From contig OZ024750.1 of assembly GCA_964016885.1 (NCBI GenBank), positions 23,808,001 through 23,872,000 on the forward strand: a DNA stretch of 64,000 bases. The letters run 5' to 3'. The notes beneath the pieces were generated by a model, which saw nothing but the letters and a program-made list of their open reading frames with translations, was not told where the DNA came from and ran no database searches. The DNA comes from Eledone cirrhosa (lineage: Eukaryota). Both the position numbers and the translations under genes were made by a program. Positions 1-14,200 of the stretch are shown here, one piece after another (positions within the stretch are counted from its first letter, which is position 1; each line of letters opens with the position of its first letter).

Positions 1-55
1 GTTACTCTGGAGTGGCGCTTGTGTATTCACAGGATCATCAAACAAGACTATATAT

Positions 56-594
56 ATATATATATGGCATACGTTAAGACGGGCGTTCCGGAAAGTGAAA
101 GTAAATTTTTTGACAACATTGAATTTTTTTTTTTTTTTTTTTTTACAACAGGTTTCAATAGTGAAAGTTACAATACACACGCAATTGTATGGATTTCTTA
201 ATATATATATATGTGTGGGTGTGTATAGGTGTGTATATATCTGTGTACACTGTGAATTTGTTTGTTTATTTACAACAGGTCTCTATAGTGATATGGTGTT
301 AATTAGTATTGCGTGTGTGATTATTTTTTCTTTAGATAGACGTTAAACGATGATGATGACACAAACACATATATATATATATATACAAACACACATATAT
401 ATACATACAGACACACATATATATACACACATATACACACCAACACATATATATATATTAAGAAATCCATACAATTGCGTGTGTATCGTAACTTTCACTG
501 TAAAAAAAAAAAAAAAAAAAAAAATTAACATTGTTGTCAAAAAATTTACTTTCACTTTCCGGAACGCCCGTCTTAACATATGCCATATATATAT
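56..594. repeat. Long inverted repeat (about 190-bp arms) in TA microsatellite
   Basis: GGCATACGTTAAGACGGGCGTTCCGGAAAGTG... and ...CACTTTCCGGAACGCCCGTCTTAACATATGCC. Confidence 0.9.
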
Positions 595-935
595 AATGCT
601 AGCATGGAAGAACGGACGTAAAACGGTGATGATGATGATGATGATATATAATGTACACACACACATATATATATATATATAATGTACATATATATAATAT
701 ATATATATATATATATTTCGTTTCTGAATTTGTTTAGCAAGATTCTTTATCTGAAATCGTGTGTTGAAACCGATATTGTTATACTTTGGGAGGGTCATGT
801 TGCCAATAAGAAACACACGCACCAGTTGCTTTCACTTCAATTTATTATATATTTATAAATTTATAAATTTACAAATCTACAAACTTATAAATTTCTGGTT
901 GGTTGGTTCCACAACCAGATAGTTGTTTATATATA

Positions 936-981
936 TAGTCATAGTCCTTTCGTCACACACTCTGTGACCTCTTCAGTGACT
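936..981 (-). ncRNA. Minimal type-I hammerhead ribozyme motif
   Basis: AGUCA-CUGAAGA-G-GUCACA(GAGUG)UGUGAC-GAAA-G(GA)C-UA-UGACU: 5-bp stem I, 6-bp stem II, 1-bp stem III, CUA triplet. Confidence 0.7.
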
Positions 982-1035
982 GGGGATTCCTTTCTTCGTT
1001 TCTGTGCCTTTCCTTTCTTCTATCCTACGCCATTT

Positions 1036-1200
1036 TGTTTCTGTGTGTGTGTTGTGTGCTCAGTTTGCGCATGCGCCACATTCGGGTGTCTGTGTGTGTG
1101 TTGTGTGCTCAGTTTGCGCATGCGCCACATCCGGGTGTCTGTGTGTGTGTTGTGTGCTCAGTTTGCGCATGCGCCACATCCGGGTGTCTGTGTGTGTTTG
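1036..1200. repeat. 49-bp tandem repeat x3
   Basis: TGTGCTCAGTTTGCGCATGCGCCACATCCGGGTGTC(TG)n. Confidence 0.9.
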
Positions 1201-1438
1201 TGTTCATTTTTCATTTTTCTATTTTTCTATTTATATTTTTTTATATAATTGTTTCTACTTTTGGCACAAGGCCAGCAAATGCTCCAGTGTATTACTGGTA
1301 CTTTATTTTATCGACTCTGTAAGGATGAAAAGCAAAGCTATAACCTTGGCGGGATTTGAACCCAGAACGTAAAGAGCCATAACTCTATGCTGAAAAGCAT
1401 GGTGTCTGACGCTCTACCGATACTGCCAATTCATTGTC

Positions 1439-1470
<32 letters not shown>

Positions 1471-2559
1471 GATGATATATACTCGTTCCTTCCAACTGTT
1501 ATTCCTCATCTGATACACATGCATACAAGTGTGAAAAGCCGGACATGCTTCACATCAGATCTCACACCATGTTGTTGCCACAACAAAAAAGCACCTTGTA
1601 TGGTGACCTGGTGCCTCAGCAACAAAAGCACCCAGTCCACACTCTAACATGGTTGGCATTAAGAAGGGCATCTTGCTGTCGAAACCAATCCCAAATATAG
1701 ATGTGTATGAGCAAGACGTGGTCACCTGACCTGTCTCATATCAAGACAACTCCTCTAACCCATTCAACCGTGGAAAAATCGATGTTAAACAATGATCATG
1801 ATGATATATATAGTGCCACTTATGTAAGTTTAGCTAGCCTCCAAGATATGTGGTTTCTCAGGTATTTTGATGAGAAGATTGCTTCAGTCCTCTGGCCTCC
1901 TACAAGATTGTATCTCATAGGTGGTTTTGGGGGGTATTTTAATGAAAGGGGTGCTCTAGTCTTATCATGAAAAGACTTCCCCCTCTGGACCAAATGCCAC
2001 TCCGTTGCAGAGGTTAACCCCCAACTCATCATCATTTTACGTCTGCTTTTCCCTGCTTGCAATACTAGTACTCATTTTTTTTCCAGCTAAGTTGACAGGA
2101 GCAATGGAAAATGAAGTGTCTTGCTCAAAAACATGACATGACATCTGGTCTGGGAATCAAACCCATGACCTTATGGTTGTGAGTCCAACACACTAACCAC
2201 TAGGCAATACTCCTTCACCATTTTGTATGTCTCTTAATTTTTAATCCAACATTTACCTAAAAGCAACGTTTAACTACACAATGCTGCAAAGTTTTAGGTA
2301 TCAAATGAGAGACTTTATTTCCTTGAGCAATCTACTCTCCAGAGAAACCCTCTTATAAGATGCAACCTCTGAAGGTCAGCTAAATCTACATAGGTGTGAG
2401 TAACAACACTTATATCTGAAAATTTGTTGTTACATAACAACACAGCTCCCTATGTTTTATTCATTGATATCAAATAGGAATATCATTAGCCTGTATGTAA
2501 CTGAAATTGAACATCATGAAGGGGATGACACAGGATTTAGACCCATCCACCATCACAAG

Positions 2560-3290
2560 TACTGCTAGGCTAATATATTAAGATTTTTCTTTTGTAGAAA
2601 AAACAAGCACTGTGAGGCTATGTAAGCCTTTCTTTTGTAGAAAAGACTTTCCCACAAGCACAGTGAAGCTAATATGTCAGCCCTTCTTTTGTAGAAAAAA
2701 CCTACCCACCAGCACTGTGAGGCTAATATGTTAGCCTTTCTTTTGTAGAAAAGACTTTCCTAACAGCACAAGCACAGTGAGGGTAATAATGTTAGCCTTT
2801 CTTTTGTAGAAAAGACTTTCCCACCAGCACTGTGAGGCTAATATGTTAGCCTTTCTTTTGTAGAAAAGACTTTCCAACAAACACAAGCACTGTGAGGCTA
2901 CTATGTTAGCCTTTCTTTTGTAGAAAAGACTTTCCCACCAGCACTGTGAGGCTAATATGTTAGGCTTTCTTTTGTAGAAAAGACTTTCCCACCAGCACTG
3001 TGAGGCTAATATGTTAGCCTTTCTTTTGTAGAAAAGACTTTCCCACCAGCACTGTGAGGCTAATATGTTAGCCCTTCTTTTGTAGAAAAGACTTTCCCAC
3101 CAGCACAAGCACTGTGAGGCTAATATGTTAGGCTTTCTTTTGTAGAAAAGACTTTCTCACCAGCACTGTGAGGCTAATATGTTAGGCTTTCTTTTGTAGA
3201 AAAGACTTTCTCACCAGCACTGTGAGGCTAATATGTTAGGCTTTCTTTTGTAGAAAAGACTTTCCAACAAACACAAGCGCTACAAGACTA
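2560..3290. repeat. 54-bp minisatellite (about 12-13 copies)
   Basis: GCACTGTGAGGCTAATATGTTAGCCTTTCTTTTGTAGAAAAGACTTTCCCACCA. Confidence 0.95.
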
Positions 3291-3317
3291 TGTTGAGATA
3301 TTTGTTTTGTATTTCAG

Positions 3318-3470
3318 CATCTACAAATTCCACTGAATGAAGTGTTGTGTACATGCCGCATCAGTGAACCACTGCGGCAGTATCTGATGGCCATTCATGT
3401 GAGTCCAGAAGTCAGTCATACATCACCAATTCTTCTCTCGTCCATTAATGAAGCTGATGTTGATGACTGG
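3318..3470 (+). CDS. TECPR1: TECPR1 exon (PH domain end)
   Basis: cag|[11 protein letters not shown]...[10 protein letters not shown]|gtgagt, 153 nt. Confidence 0.85.
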
Positions 3471-6400
3471 GTGAGTTCATTTACTATGTAGTTCTATTTT
3501 AATCTGAGAGGCTCATTAACCCAGAGCATATCCCTGTTTTATGTGACATTCAGCCACTAAGAGTACAACACTCCTCCCTGGCTTGGACATTAGTCCATTG
3601 GAAAGTTAACTGCTGTGATTCAACTATTATACCATAACCATTGGACTGAAACCCTTATATCATAGCCATTGGACTGTAACCCTTAGACTATAACCATTAG
3701 ACTGTAACCCTTAGACTATAACCATTGGACTGTAACCCTTATACCATAACCATTGGACTGTAACCCTTAGACTATAACCATTGGACTGTAACCCTTAGAC
3801 TATAACCATTGGACTGTAACCCTTAGACCATAACCATTGGACTGTAACCCTTAGACCATAACCATTGGACTGTAACCCTTAGACCATAACCATTGGACTG
3901 TAACCCTTAGACTATAACCATTGGACTGTAACCCTTATACCATAACCATTGGACTGTAACCCTTAGACCATAACCATTGGACTGTAACCCTTAGACCATA
4001 ACCATTGGACTGTAACCCTTATACCATAACCATTGGACTGTAACCCTTAGACTATAACCATTGGACTGTAACCCTTATACCATAACCATTGGACTGTAAC
4101 CCTTAGACCATAACCATTGGACTGTAACCCTTAGACTATAACCATTGGACTGTAACCCTTAGACTATAACCATTGGACTGTAACCCTTATACCATAACCA
4201 TTGGACTGTAACCCTTAGACCATAACCATTGGACTGTAACCATTGGACTGTAACCCTTAGACCATAACCATTGGACTGTAACTCTTAGACTATAACCATT
4301 GGACTGTAACCCTTAGACTATAACCATTGGACTGTAACCCTTAGACCATAACCATTGGACTGTAACCCTTAGACCATAACCATTGGACTGTAACCCTTAG
4401 ACCATAACCATTGGACTGTAACCCTTAGACCATAACCATTGGACTGTAACCCTTAGACCATAACCATTGGACTGTAACCCTTAGACCATAACCATTGGAC
4501 TGTAACCCTTAGACCATAACCATTGGACTGTAACCCTTAGACCATAACCATTGGACTGTAACCCTTAGACCATAACCATTGGACTGTAACCCTTAGACTA
4601 TAACCATTGGACTGTAACCCTTAGACTATAACCATTGGACTGTAACCCTTAGACTATAACCATTGGACTGTAACCCTTAGACCATAACCATTGGACTGTA
4701 ACCCTTATACCATCTGGTCTTTACATGAATGATGAATCATTGTTGTTTTTATTTCTCTTGCAGGTGTCCACCTTGAATATATCATCTGTGTCAAAACACA
4801 GATACTTGAGCCTCGGAGTTCAACCAGGCGCAGTATGGTCGGCGATGGTCCGTGGAGATATATTTGTCTATGACCCAACAAACAGTATGTCAGACAGCAG
4901 TTCTTCAGGAACATTGAAGAACTTTTCTCCGTAAGAATATATTTTTTTCTACTAGAACACCACATGTATTTCAAGGTTTAGGGTAAACTTAAGGTAGATA
5001 GAACTACTGTTTTTGAATTAGAAGCCTTTCCCTGGGCTGGGAAAAGAACGAGCTGCAAAATATTCCTCTTTTCACAGAAAAGTATCAATGAACATATAAA
5101 GATAGTGTTGCTGTAACAATATTCTTTCCTATGTAATCATAGGGGTAATTATTCTAAGATGACAATAATGATTGAAATGTCAGCATATGTTTTTCTATTT
5201 ATGGAGGGCCAGTTAAAAGTGTTTACACTTCGTGGTTCATTCTTTTTACAGTTAAGGCTTCTAACTCGAAGAAGCAGAGCCTTTGAGTCTGGTAGCACAG
5301 TGGACTGACACCTGGTTTATCCTTTGGCAAGAGACTTGATCCAAATGTTTGCATCAGAGTAAACTCTAAAGGCACCCAAGGACCAAGTGGTAGTGGTATT
5401 AAAATAATAATGATTATAATAATAATATTAAACCTGATAACTGATTCAGTCTACCAACCCTAGTAAACTCTGCTAAAGGCACCCATTGGCCAGATGGTAG
5501 TGGTATTAAACCTGATAACTGATTAAGCCTATCACCCTAGTAAACTCTGCTAAAGGCACCCATTGGCCAGATGGTAGTGGTATTAAACCTGATAACTGAT
5601 TAAGCCTATCAACCTAGTGGACTCTGCTAAAGGCACCCATTGGCCAGATGGTAGTGGTATTAAACCTGATAACTGATTAAGCCTATCACCCTAGTAAACT
5701 CTGCTAAAGGCACCCATTGGCCAGATGGTAGTGGTATTAAACCTGATAACTGATTAAGCCTATCACCCTAGTGGACTCTGCTAAAAGCACCCATTGGCCA
5801 GATGGTAGTGGTATTAAACCTGATAACTGATTAAGCCTATCACCCTAGTGGACTCTGCTAAAAGCACCCATTGGCCAGATGGTAGTGGTATTAAACCTGA
5901 TAACTGATTAAGCCTATCACCCTAGTGGACTCTGCTAAAAGCACCCATTGGCCAGATGGTAGTGGTATTAAACCTGATAACTGATTAAGTCTATCAACCT
6001 AGTGGACTCTGCTAAAAGCACCCAAGGACCAGGTGATGGTATTAAACCAGATAATTGATTAAGCTTACCACCCTTTGAAATCCTCTCTTTTGGTGCATTT
6101 TATTCTGGCACCAGCACTACCATTTTACAGAGTGTACTGGTTGTATTTTATTGAGGCATTATAACTTATCAGATGCTATATATATTGATGTTGATGATAC
6201 TGTTACTGATGTTGATAATATTGATGCTACTGCTGTTGATGATGTAATGATGAAGATATAAATACTTTATTTATTTATTTCCTCAGAAAATGGATTCCAG
6301 TTGGTGGCCACCTGCACCTGGTAGAAAGCAACCCATTAAATATCAGTTGGGGTATTGGCTATGACAGCTCAGCCTGGGTGTATACAGGAGGTTTTGGAGG

Positions 6401-8168
6401 AGACATTCTCAAAAGTAAGTCATCTATCAACATATATATTTATACCCACAGTTCCAGAGATGTAGTAGTTGTATTTCCACTTGTCTACATATGGTGAACA
6501 ATACAATTACATATGGGCTATGTGGACTGCAGCTCAGGGCCTTTTAGTCAAGGGCCCCTAATTGTCAAAATTTAGAATATTATGAATGTTATTAAATATA
6601 TTTCTTATTAAAAAATTTGGTCGCTTTGGAAGCCTCAACAATGCAGATGGGTAAATCTCCGGGTAACAGAATCCGGTGGTGAAGAGAGAGATGTAAGAGG
6701 AAATGTAGAATGAGACGTATAGTGTGTAGAGGAACGTAGGAAAGAGCGTAAAAATAATAACACGAGATAGAGTTACCTTGGAAGAGATTTAATTGTCCCT
6801 ATATTTCGGATTTTGCATCCATCAACGGGGTTTTTCCGAGGAACGGTACATGGCCTCTGTTGACCGCCATCTGCATTGTTGAGGCTTCCAAAATGACAAA
6901 TTTTTTTATTATTCCACAATGCTTCAAGCAAACTTCAATACTCTCTTATGTTTCTTATTGTTTGGGTGTCACCTCTGTTTTAGAGGTCAGCCTAGATTGA
7001 TGCTGGAATCTCAGCATTGTTCTATGTATAGGGCTACATTCATCTACTTATAATTTTCATTAAGAACTGTTCAAGCTAGGTTTCTATGACTGGATGCCCT
7101 TCCTAACGCCAACCACATTTACAGTGTGTGCTGGGTACTTTTTGTCACAATGCCTGCACAAACACTTTACAGTGTGGACTAGGTGCTTTTGTCGTGACAC
7201 CTACATGACCACTTTATAATGTGGGCTGGGCTCTTCATTTATCAACTATATATATGTGTGTGCATATATATATATATATATATATACATACACACGCACG
7301 CACAATGTGATGGCTATATATAAATATATATATGTATGTATATATGCATACTTTCCATGTTTCATAGTTAGATACACATTCTCCTACATGTTGTAGTGAT
7401 ACTTAAATGTGTGTGTAATTGGTGATGTGTGTTTACAATATGGCAGTGATTGAAAATTGAATTAGAGCTTTTGCCATGTTTTGATTATAGAAGTAGTCTA
7501 ATAAGGCATATAACAGAAAAAAAATGGGAGGACTTGAAAAAATAAATAATGTGGTCAAATATGATAGTGTACCCCTAGCATTCGCAGTCCCAGTTATCCA
7601 CGGAATGTTCCTTAGAACCTAACTAATAATTGTTCATGGAAACCACCGTATCTTTGCGGAATCGTAAATATCTTCCATGATTTTTTTAATTGTTTTTTTT
7701 TTTTTTCATGGCAATATATATTTTTTTTTATGCTAAATTATTAATAAGAATATACCATATTTTCTGACATTTTGGATGTCCCTTCACATAAGATGCTCCC
7801 TCTTTCTTCATTATATTTTACATTATATTTTGACGTTTATAGGCATTTTTATGGACCACGTCCAATATTCGCGGCTTTTCACCCTTCGCGGGTGCTCTAG
7901 GAACGTAACCGGGGGCAACTATATACTGAATCCCCTCTAGGCAGCGCCCCAGCATGGCCACAGGCTAATGACTGAAACCAGTAAAAGAGTAAATGATGAT
8001 GATGAGGATGATGTATCTCTTTTGTCAGGTGTATCAGATGCCAGTTGGAGAGTCCATCCACAAGTTGATGTGCGGAGTGTTTATATTTATGAAAATCAAA
8101 AGTGGACACCTGCCTATGGCTATTCAAACAGGTAGGAATTTGTTTACTGTTGATGCAAATGTTTAAAC

Positions 8169-8200
<32 letters not shown>

Positions 8201-11200
8201 AACAATTAACATTGCTGTTCACTTCTACCTCATTCTTTCTTTCTCTCTTTCTTAATATGTGTTCAATTGGTACAGTGAAAATGTAGTGAGGTGAAAGAAT
8301 TATTATATGTAAAGTGTGTGGGAAGGGAGGGGCTACAACAGTTTTACAACTAGATGCCCTTCCTGACACCAACCTTTTTAGTCGCTTCTTATGACACTTA
8401 GGAATATGGTGTACCTATTCTAAACCAGACACACACTGATAGTGTGCATTTAAAACAAACCCCCAAATTTAATAATAACAATGTCGAAAAATTCCTTTGT
8501 ATTAGAGTAGTGACAAAGAATTTCTTGTATCAATTTCTTATTAAAAAAGGGTCCACGGTTTATATACTTTGGGAAGGCCTGGGTTAAACAACCAATAAAC
8601 TAAGTACTCAATTGTCAAAGCTCTTTCAACATGCAGTCTGACATTCACTGGTGTACATGTTTTAATTGGCAGCATAACCCTCCTAAAGTTGAGTGAATTT
8701 TACAATTTGATCATTGATCTGTCTGCTGGAACATGGCCGACCTAGGGCTAAACAATAAAATAACTGAAGAATTTTATGAGAAACTATTTGTTTTTAATAT
8801 TTCTACTTGTTGTAGGGGTTTCATGGCTGATGGTCACGACTGGAGTGACAGGTCAGGCAGATATAAAAGAACCAAAGAAAATACACAGCTTCCATCTGGT
8901 CAGTGGTTATGGGTGAGTTGTATAGCTTCATCTTTTGTTTCATTTTTTCCATGGCACCAAGTAAAAGTCACCAGTAACCACTAACTGGTTCTTGGTGGGG
9001 AGTGAGAAGTCAATGGTGGGGGTTTGTAAAGTGGACCCCCCCTGCTTTGGCAGGGAAAATGGCTTTTAAATGCTTGTTGTGCTATCATGATCATCATCAT
9101 TTTCACTATCACCATTATCACCACCATCATCATCATCTTTGCTCTTTGCTATCATCACCACCACCACCATCATCATCACTATCATCATTGCCACCATGAT
9201 CCCTACCACCACCATCATAATCCCTACCATCATCATCATCATCAATATCATCATTGCCACCATTGTCCCTACTACCACCATCGTCATCGTCATCATCATC
9301 ATCATCATCACCACCACCACCACTACCATCATCACTATCATCATTGCCACCATTGTCCCTACCACCACCACCACCACCACCATCATCATCACTACCACTA
9401 CCACCATCATCACTCTCATCATTGCCACCATTATCCCTACCACCACCATCATCTTCCCTACCACCACTATCATCATTATCAACAGCAGCAGCAAGATAAT
9501 ATCTTGAACGTTATACTAACTGTCCCCAGTGTTTCTAACAATGTCATATTTATTTATCTCACAGATGACTGACTGGATAATAGACTATTCCGTACCAGGG
9601 GGTGTGGATCCAGATGGTTGGCAGTATTCAACAGATTTCAACAGGTCTTGCCTTCTATTCACATCTATTTCACTTTGTTTTGGTTCTCTTTAACCCTTTA
9701 GCATATAAACTGGCCATATCCAGCCATAATTATTTCACCTCTTTCTGTTCAAACTGGCCATAATTGGCCACTCATACTGATGTTAAGGTATTGTTCTCAA
9801 AATAAATATCAAAACTGCATAAATTTGATATCATGTGAGATATTGTGTGAGTTAATTATGTGAAATAAAGCTTTTACCGAGAAAATACAATAGTAAATAT
9901 AGAGGAATGTAAATGCTAATGGCTTAATATATTAATAAATAGATATTATTATTTAATACAAATTGGTCATTTGGCAGAATTGTAAGTGTCTCAGATGCTT
10001 TACAGCATTCCATTATGGCCCTCTACATCCTGAGTTTAAATCCTGTTGAGGTTAACTTTGCCTTTCATCCTTCTAAGATTGATAAAATAAAGTACCAGTA
10101 AAGTCTAAATAATCAACTTTCATTTCCCTCAAAATTGCTGGTCTTATGCCAAAATTAGAATACATGTAAATCTAATGGTCAAGCTTAAGCTGTTTCAATG
10201 GTTGAAGGGAAATGATTTAAGCTTGACCATCTAGTTCACATGTATTAAATGATATCTACCTACACTCTACTTTCTTTAAAGTATGGTGTACTAAGTTGAA
10301 TAGTGGTCTTACTAGTCTTTTAATTAGTAACATCTTATCTATAAATAGATAATGCAGTGAACCTCACAGAGGAGATGGCGAAGAAGCAGAAAAGCTATGC
10401 TGCAAAAGACCTATCCAACCCATGCTAGCATGGGGAAAGCAAACATAAAAAGGATGATGATGACAGATTTTTAACCTGCTTGTTTGACAATTCTTATTGT
10501 TGTTGCTTCAAAGCAAGCATGGTGGTCATATAACTTTCCATCTCTACATACAGTACTCAAGGAGAAGGGAAACAGTAAAAAGGGAGTTTAGGCATAAAGA
10601 TATAACTTATAGGTGTAATAGTACAATATATCTATAGGTATAATGTTGTTATATAATAATTTTCCGGAAGGAATGGAAGGCATTCTGTCTGTTACAACAA
10701 TGAGTGTTCCAGTTGATCCGATCAATGGAACAGCTTGCTCGTGAAATTAACGTGCAAGTGGCTGAGCATTCCACATACATATGTACTCTTAACGTAGATC
10801 TCAGGGAGATTTGGCGTGACACGGAATGTGACAATGCTAGCCTTTCGAATTACTGGTACAATTCATTTTTGCCAGCAGAGTGAATTGGAGCAATGGAAAG
10901 TAAAGTGTCTTGCTCAAGGACACAGCATGCCGCCGGGAATCAAACTCACGACTTTACGATCGTGAGCTGAATTTCCTAACCACAAAGCCATGCACCTTCA
11001 ATAATTTTCTATCAGTGTTTGAAAGTGTGTGACTTTGTGGTTAGGGTTTTCATTTCATGATTGTAAGATGTGAATTTGATTACCAGCATGTTGTCCTTGA
11101 ACAAGATATTATATTTTACATTGCTCCAGTTCACTCAACTGGAAAAAATTAGTAGAACCTCTAATTGAAAAGGCCAGCTTTATCACCCACAACCTTGTTG

Positions 11201-14200
11201 AATCTTCCTAAGAATAATGTTATGGGTACACATATCTGGAATTATCAGCCACTTGCTCATCAATTTTACAAACAGGCTGTTTCATTTTTCATACAGTTGG
11301 AACAATCGCTATCAGAACTGACTGAGGTCCAACACATACTAACATTCTATCAGTTTATTTGTGTACTATTATAAGTTCTCCTAATTAATTACTCTTAAAA
11401 GGAATTGCCTATGTATGTCTGACTCTGTTTTTATATGGCATTAAATATATGAAAGAAAAACAAAACAACAATTTTTGAATATGATTTTCCAAACTCTAAT
11501 TTCTTTTGTGTAGACCATTCCATCGTCGAAAAGGCTGGACTGACACAGTGAGAAGGAGGCGCTGGTATAGGTGAGACTTTTCTTCCTTATAACAGAATTG
11601 GTGTAGATTTTTAAACATAGTGCTGGTGCCACAATAAAATACACCCAGTACACTCAGAAAAGTGGTTGATGTTAAGAGGAGTATCCAGCTGTAAAAACCA
11701 TGCTAAATAGAGGGTTGAGAAGACTCTTCAGCTGTGTCAAGGACATGACAACCTCTCTAATGCTGGTACCATGATAAAATACACCCAGTAGTCTATGTAA
11801 AGTAGTTGGCGAAAAGAAAGGCATTCAGCTGTAGAAACCACATGAAATATGGAATGTATGAACACTGGTCTTCCTGACCAGTGAAGACATGGACTGTGAT
11901 GATCTGTCCAACCCATACCAGCATGGAAAATGGGTATAATGGTTATGATGAGTTATATATATTTATGTGTTCTGATTTGAGATTTTGAAAAACATGGTAA
12001 CCCTGTAACATTACTACAAATACTGTTACACCACTAAACCACACTACTGTCACAACACCACACTACACCACACTACACCACACCACACCACACATTGCCA
12101 CAACTACTATCACAACACCACACTTTACCACAACTACTATCACAACACCACACTTTACCACAACTACTGTTACAACACCACACCACACATTGCCACAACT
12201 ACTATCACAACACCACACTTTACCACAACTACTATCACAACACCACACTTTACCACAACTACTATCACAACACCACCACACCACACATCACATGACTATT
12301 GTTGCACTACACCACACATTACAACTTCTGTTACATTACACCACACCATACCATTACCAGCACATGCATATTTTCACACACACACATACTCACATATTTA
12401 CATACACATACACTCTAACACACATACACACACTCTCTCTGTTTGTCATAATCAACTCTGTTTCTGTTACTGTTCTCAGGAAATGTAAAATCTCTACACG
12501 TGGTCCCTGGCTTGAGATAGGTCCCACCAAATTACTGGATATATCTATTCAGGTAGCTGACCTCCATCTTACAGACAACCAATCCCTTTATTCACAGCCT
12601 GTTGCTGTATGGGCAGTTGGATGGAATGGAGATGTACTTTGCCGTCGAGGGGTAACCCCCACTACACCACAGGTATCACAATATCTTTCCTTTCCATCTA
12701 TTATGTCGCTAAATTTTCTTTTAAATTAATTTTTACTTTTCAGTCTGTTATATGCAGAGTAAAAATATATGAGTAATTGGTTATGTTCAGAGTAAAAAAA
12801 TATATGAGCGATGGGTTATATTCAGAGTAAAAAAAATATGTGAGTGATGGGTTATGTTCAGAATAAAAAAAATAGATGAGTGGTGGGTTATGTTCAGAAT
12901 AAAAAATAGATGAGTGATGGGTTATATCGAGAGTAAAAATAGATGCGTTATGTTTAGAATTTAAAAAAATAGATGAGTGTCTGGTTACACTGAGAGTAAG
13001 AATAGATGAGTGTTTGGAAGTTATCCTTAACCTGGAGACTTGATGGTGGTGTTAAATCAGGCTACAGTGGAATTTGAACTCAGAATGCAAAAAGCTAGAA
13101 GATGCCTGCACCTATTTTGTTCAATCATCCACTGCTCTCAAAACAAAAATATTATCTAACTTTACTACACATTATCTACATTATACAAGGCAGTGGGGGT
13201 AGCCTCTATGTGGTTTCTGAACCTGTTAGAAATAGCAGCCACATCTCCCACAAATCATTTTCTACCATCATGGGAGAGGAAGGGATACAAAGATAGGATG
13301 GTTATGGTTGGAATTACTTTAATAAGTCTGCTTAATCAGTTATGGCTGTGCCTATGATTTAGATAATGTAACCACGTTTTGTTTTGACATTGCATGTATC
13401 TGGTTTAGAATAGGTACATGCATGTATATCTGGTTTAGAATAGATACACTGTATCTCAGTGTGTTGCAAGCAGTAACTAAAAGGTTTGCTGTCATCAAGA
13501 GCTCTCAGCTGTAAAACATTGCCTCAAAATTGACCCATGATATGTATGAAGTTGTTATAAGGCTCACAAGGTTAACTCCTGGTTTAGCAGTGGGAAATGA
13601 CCTTATTCTTAATCCAACCTTTGTCAACATGGAAAACAGATATAAAATGATGATGATGATGATGTCTCAGTTTGTGTAAATCTCTATTTCAGGGTGCATA
13701 TTGGCAGCATATACCCACAGCAACTGACCAGCCATTCCAAGCTATATCTGTAGGAGGAGAGTTCCGGGTGTGGGCCATTGCCAAAGATGGGTCAGCATGG
13801 TTTCGTTGTGGGGTTTCTCTCAATAACCCAGCAGGTAAGAATTTTTGTTGTTTCTGCCACCATATAACCACCTATATTTAATACACACAGACACACACTT
13901 ACACACTCACTCACACATACACTCACTCACTCACTCACTCACTTACTCACTCACACTCTCACTCACACATACACTCACTCTTACATACACATACACGATA
14001 AAGTGCATCCGGTACACACCATAGAGTGAAGGAATATGTCTAAATGAGATTTAATCCCTGACCCACCTGAGAGGCCTGTGACTCTAGCTGGAGATTGACA
14101 TGGTCTGTGACAACCGGTCCAATCCTTGTTAGCAGTGTCACCTACATTTAATGTCTCATCATTTCCTATCACATCATCACCTATTCTGTACAGTAGTGAA

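Noticed and set aside
2560-6070. CRISPR-like appearance of the tandem arrays
   Set aside because: No unique spacers, eukaryotic intron context and no cas genes
7585-7929. Possible Tc1/mariner-type MITE (CAGT...ACTG)
   Set aside because: Terminal repeats too degenerate to confirm
9066-9572. His-rich, Ile/Thr-rich and Pro/Ser-rich ORFs
   Set aside because: Translation of an intronic (CAT/CAC)n repeat that is open in several frames
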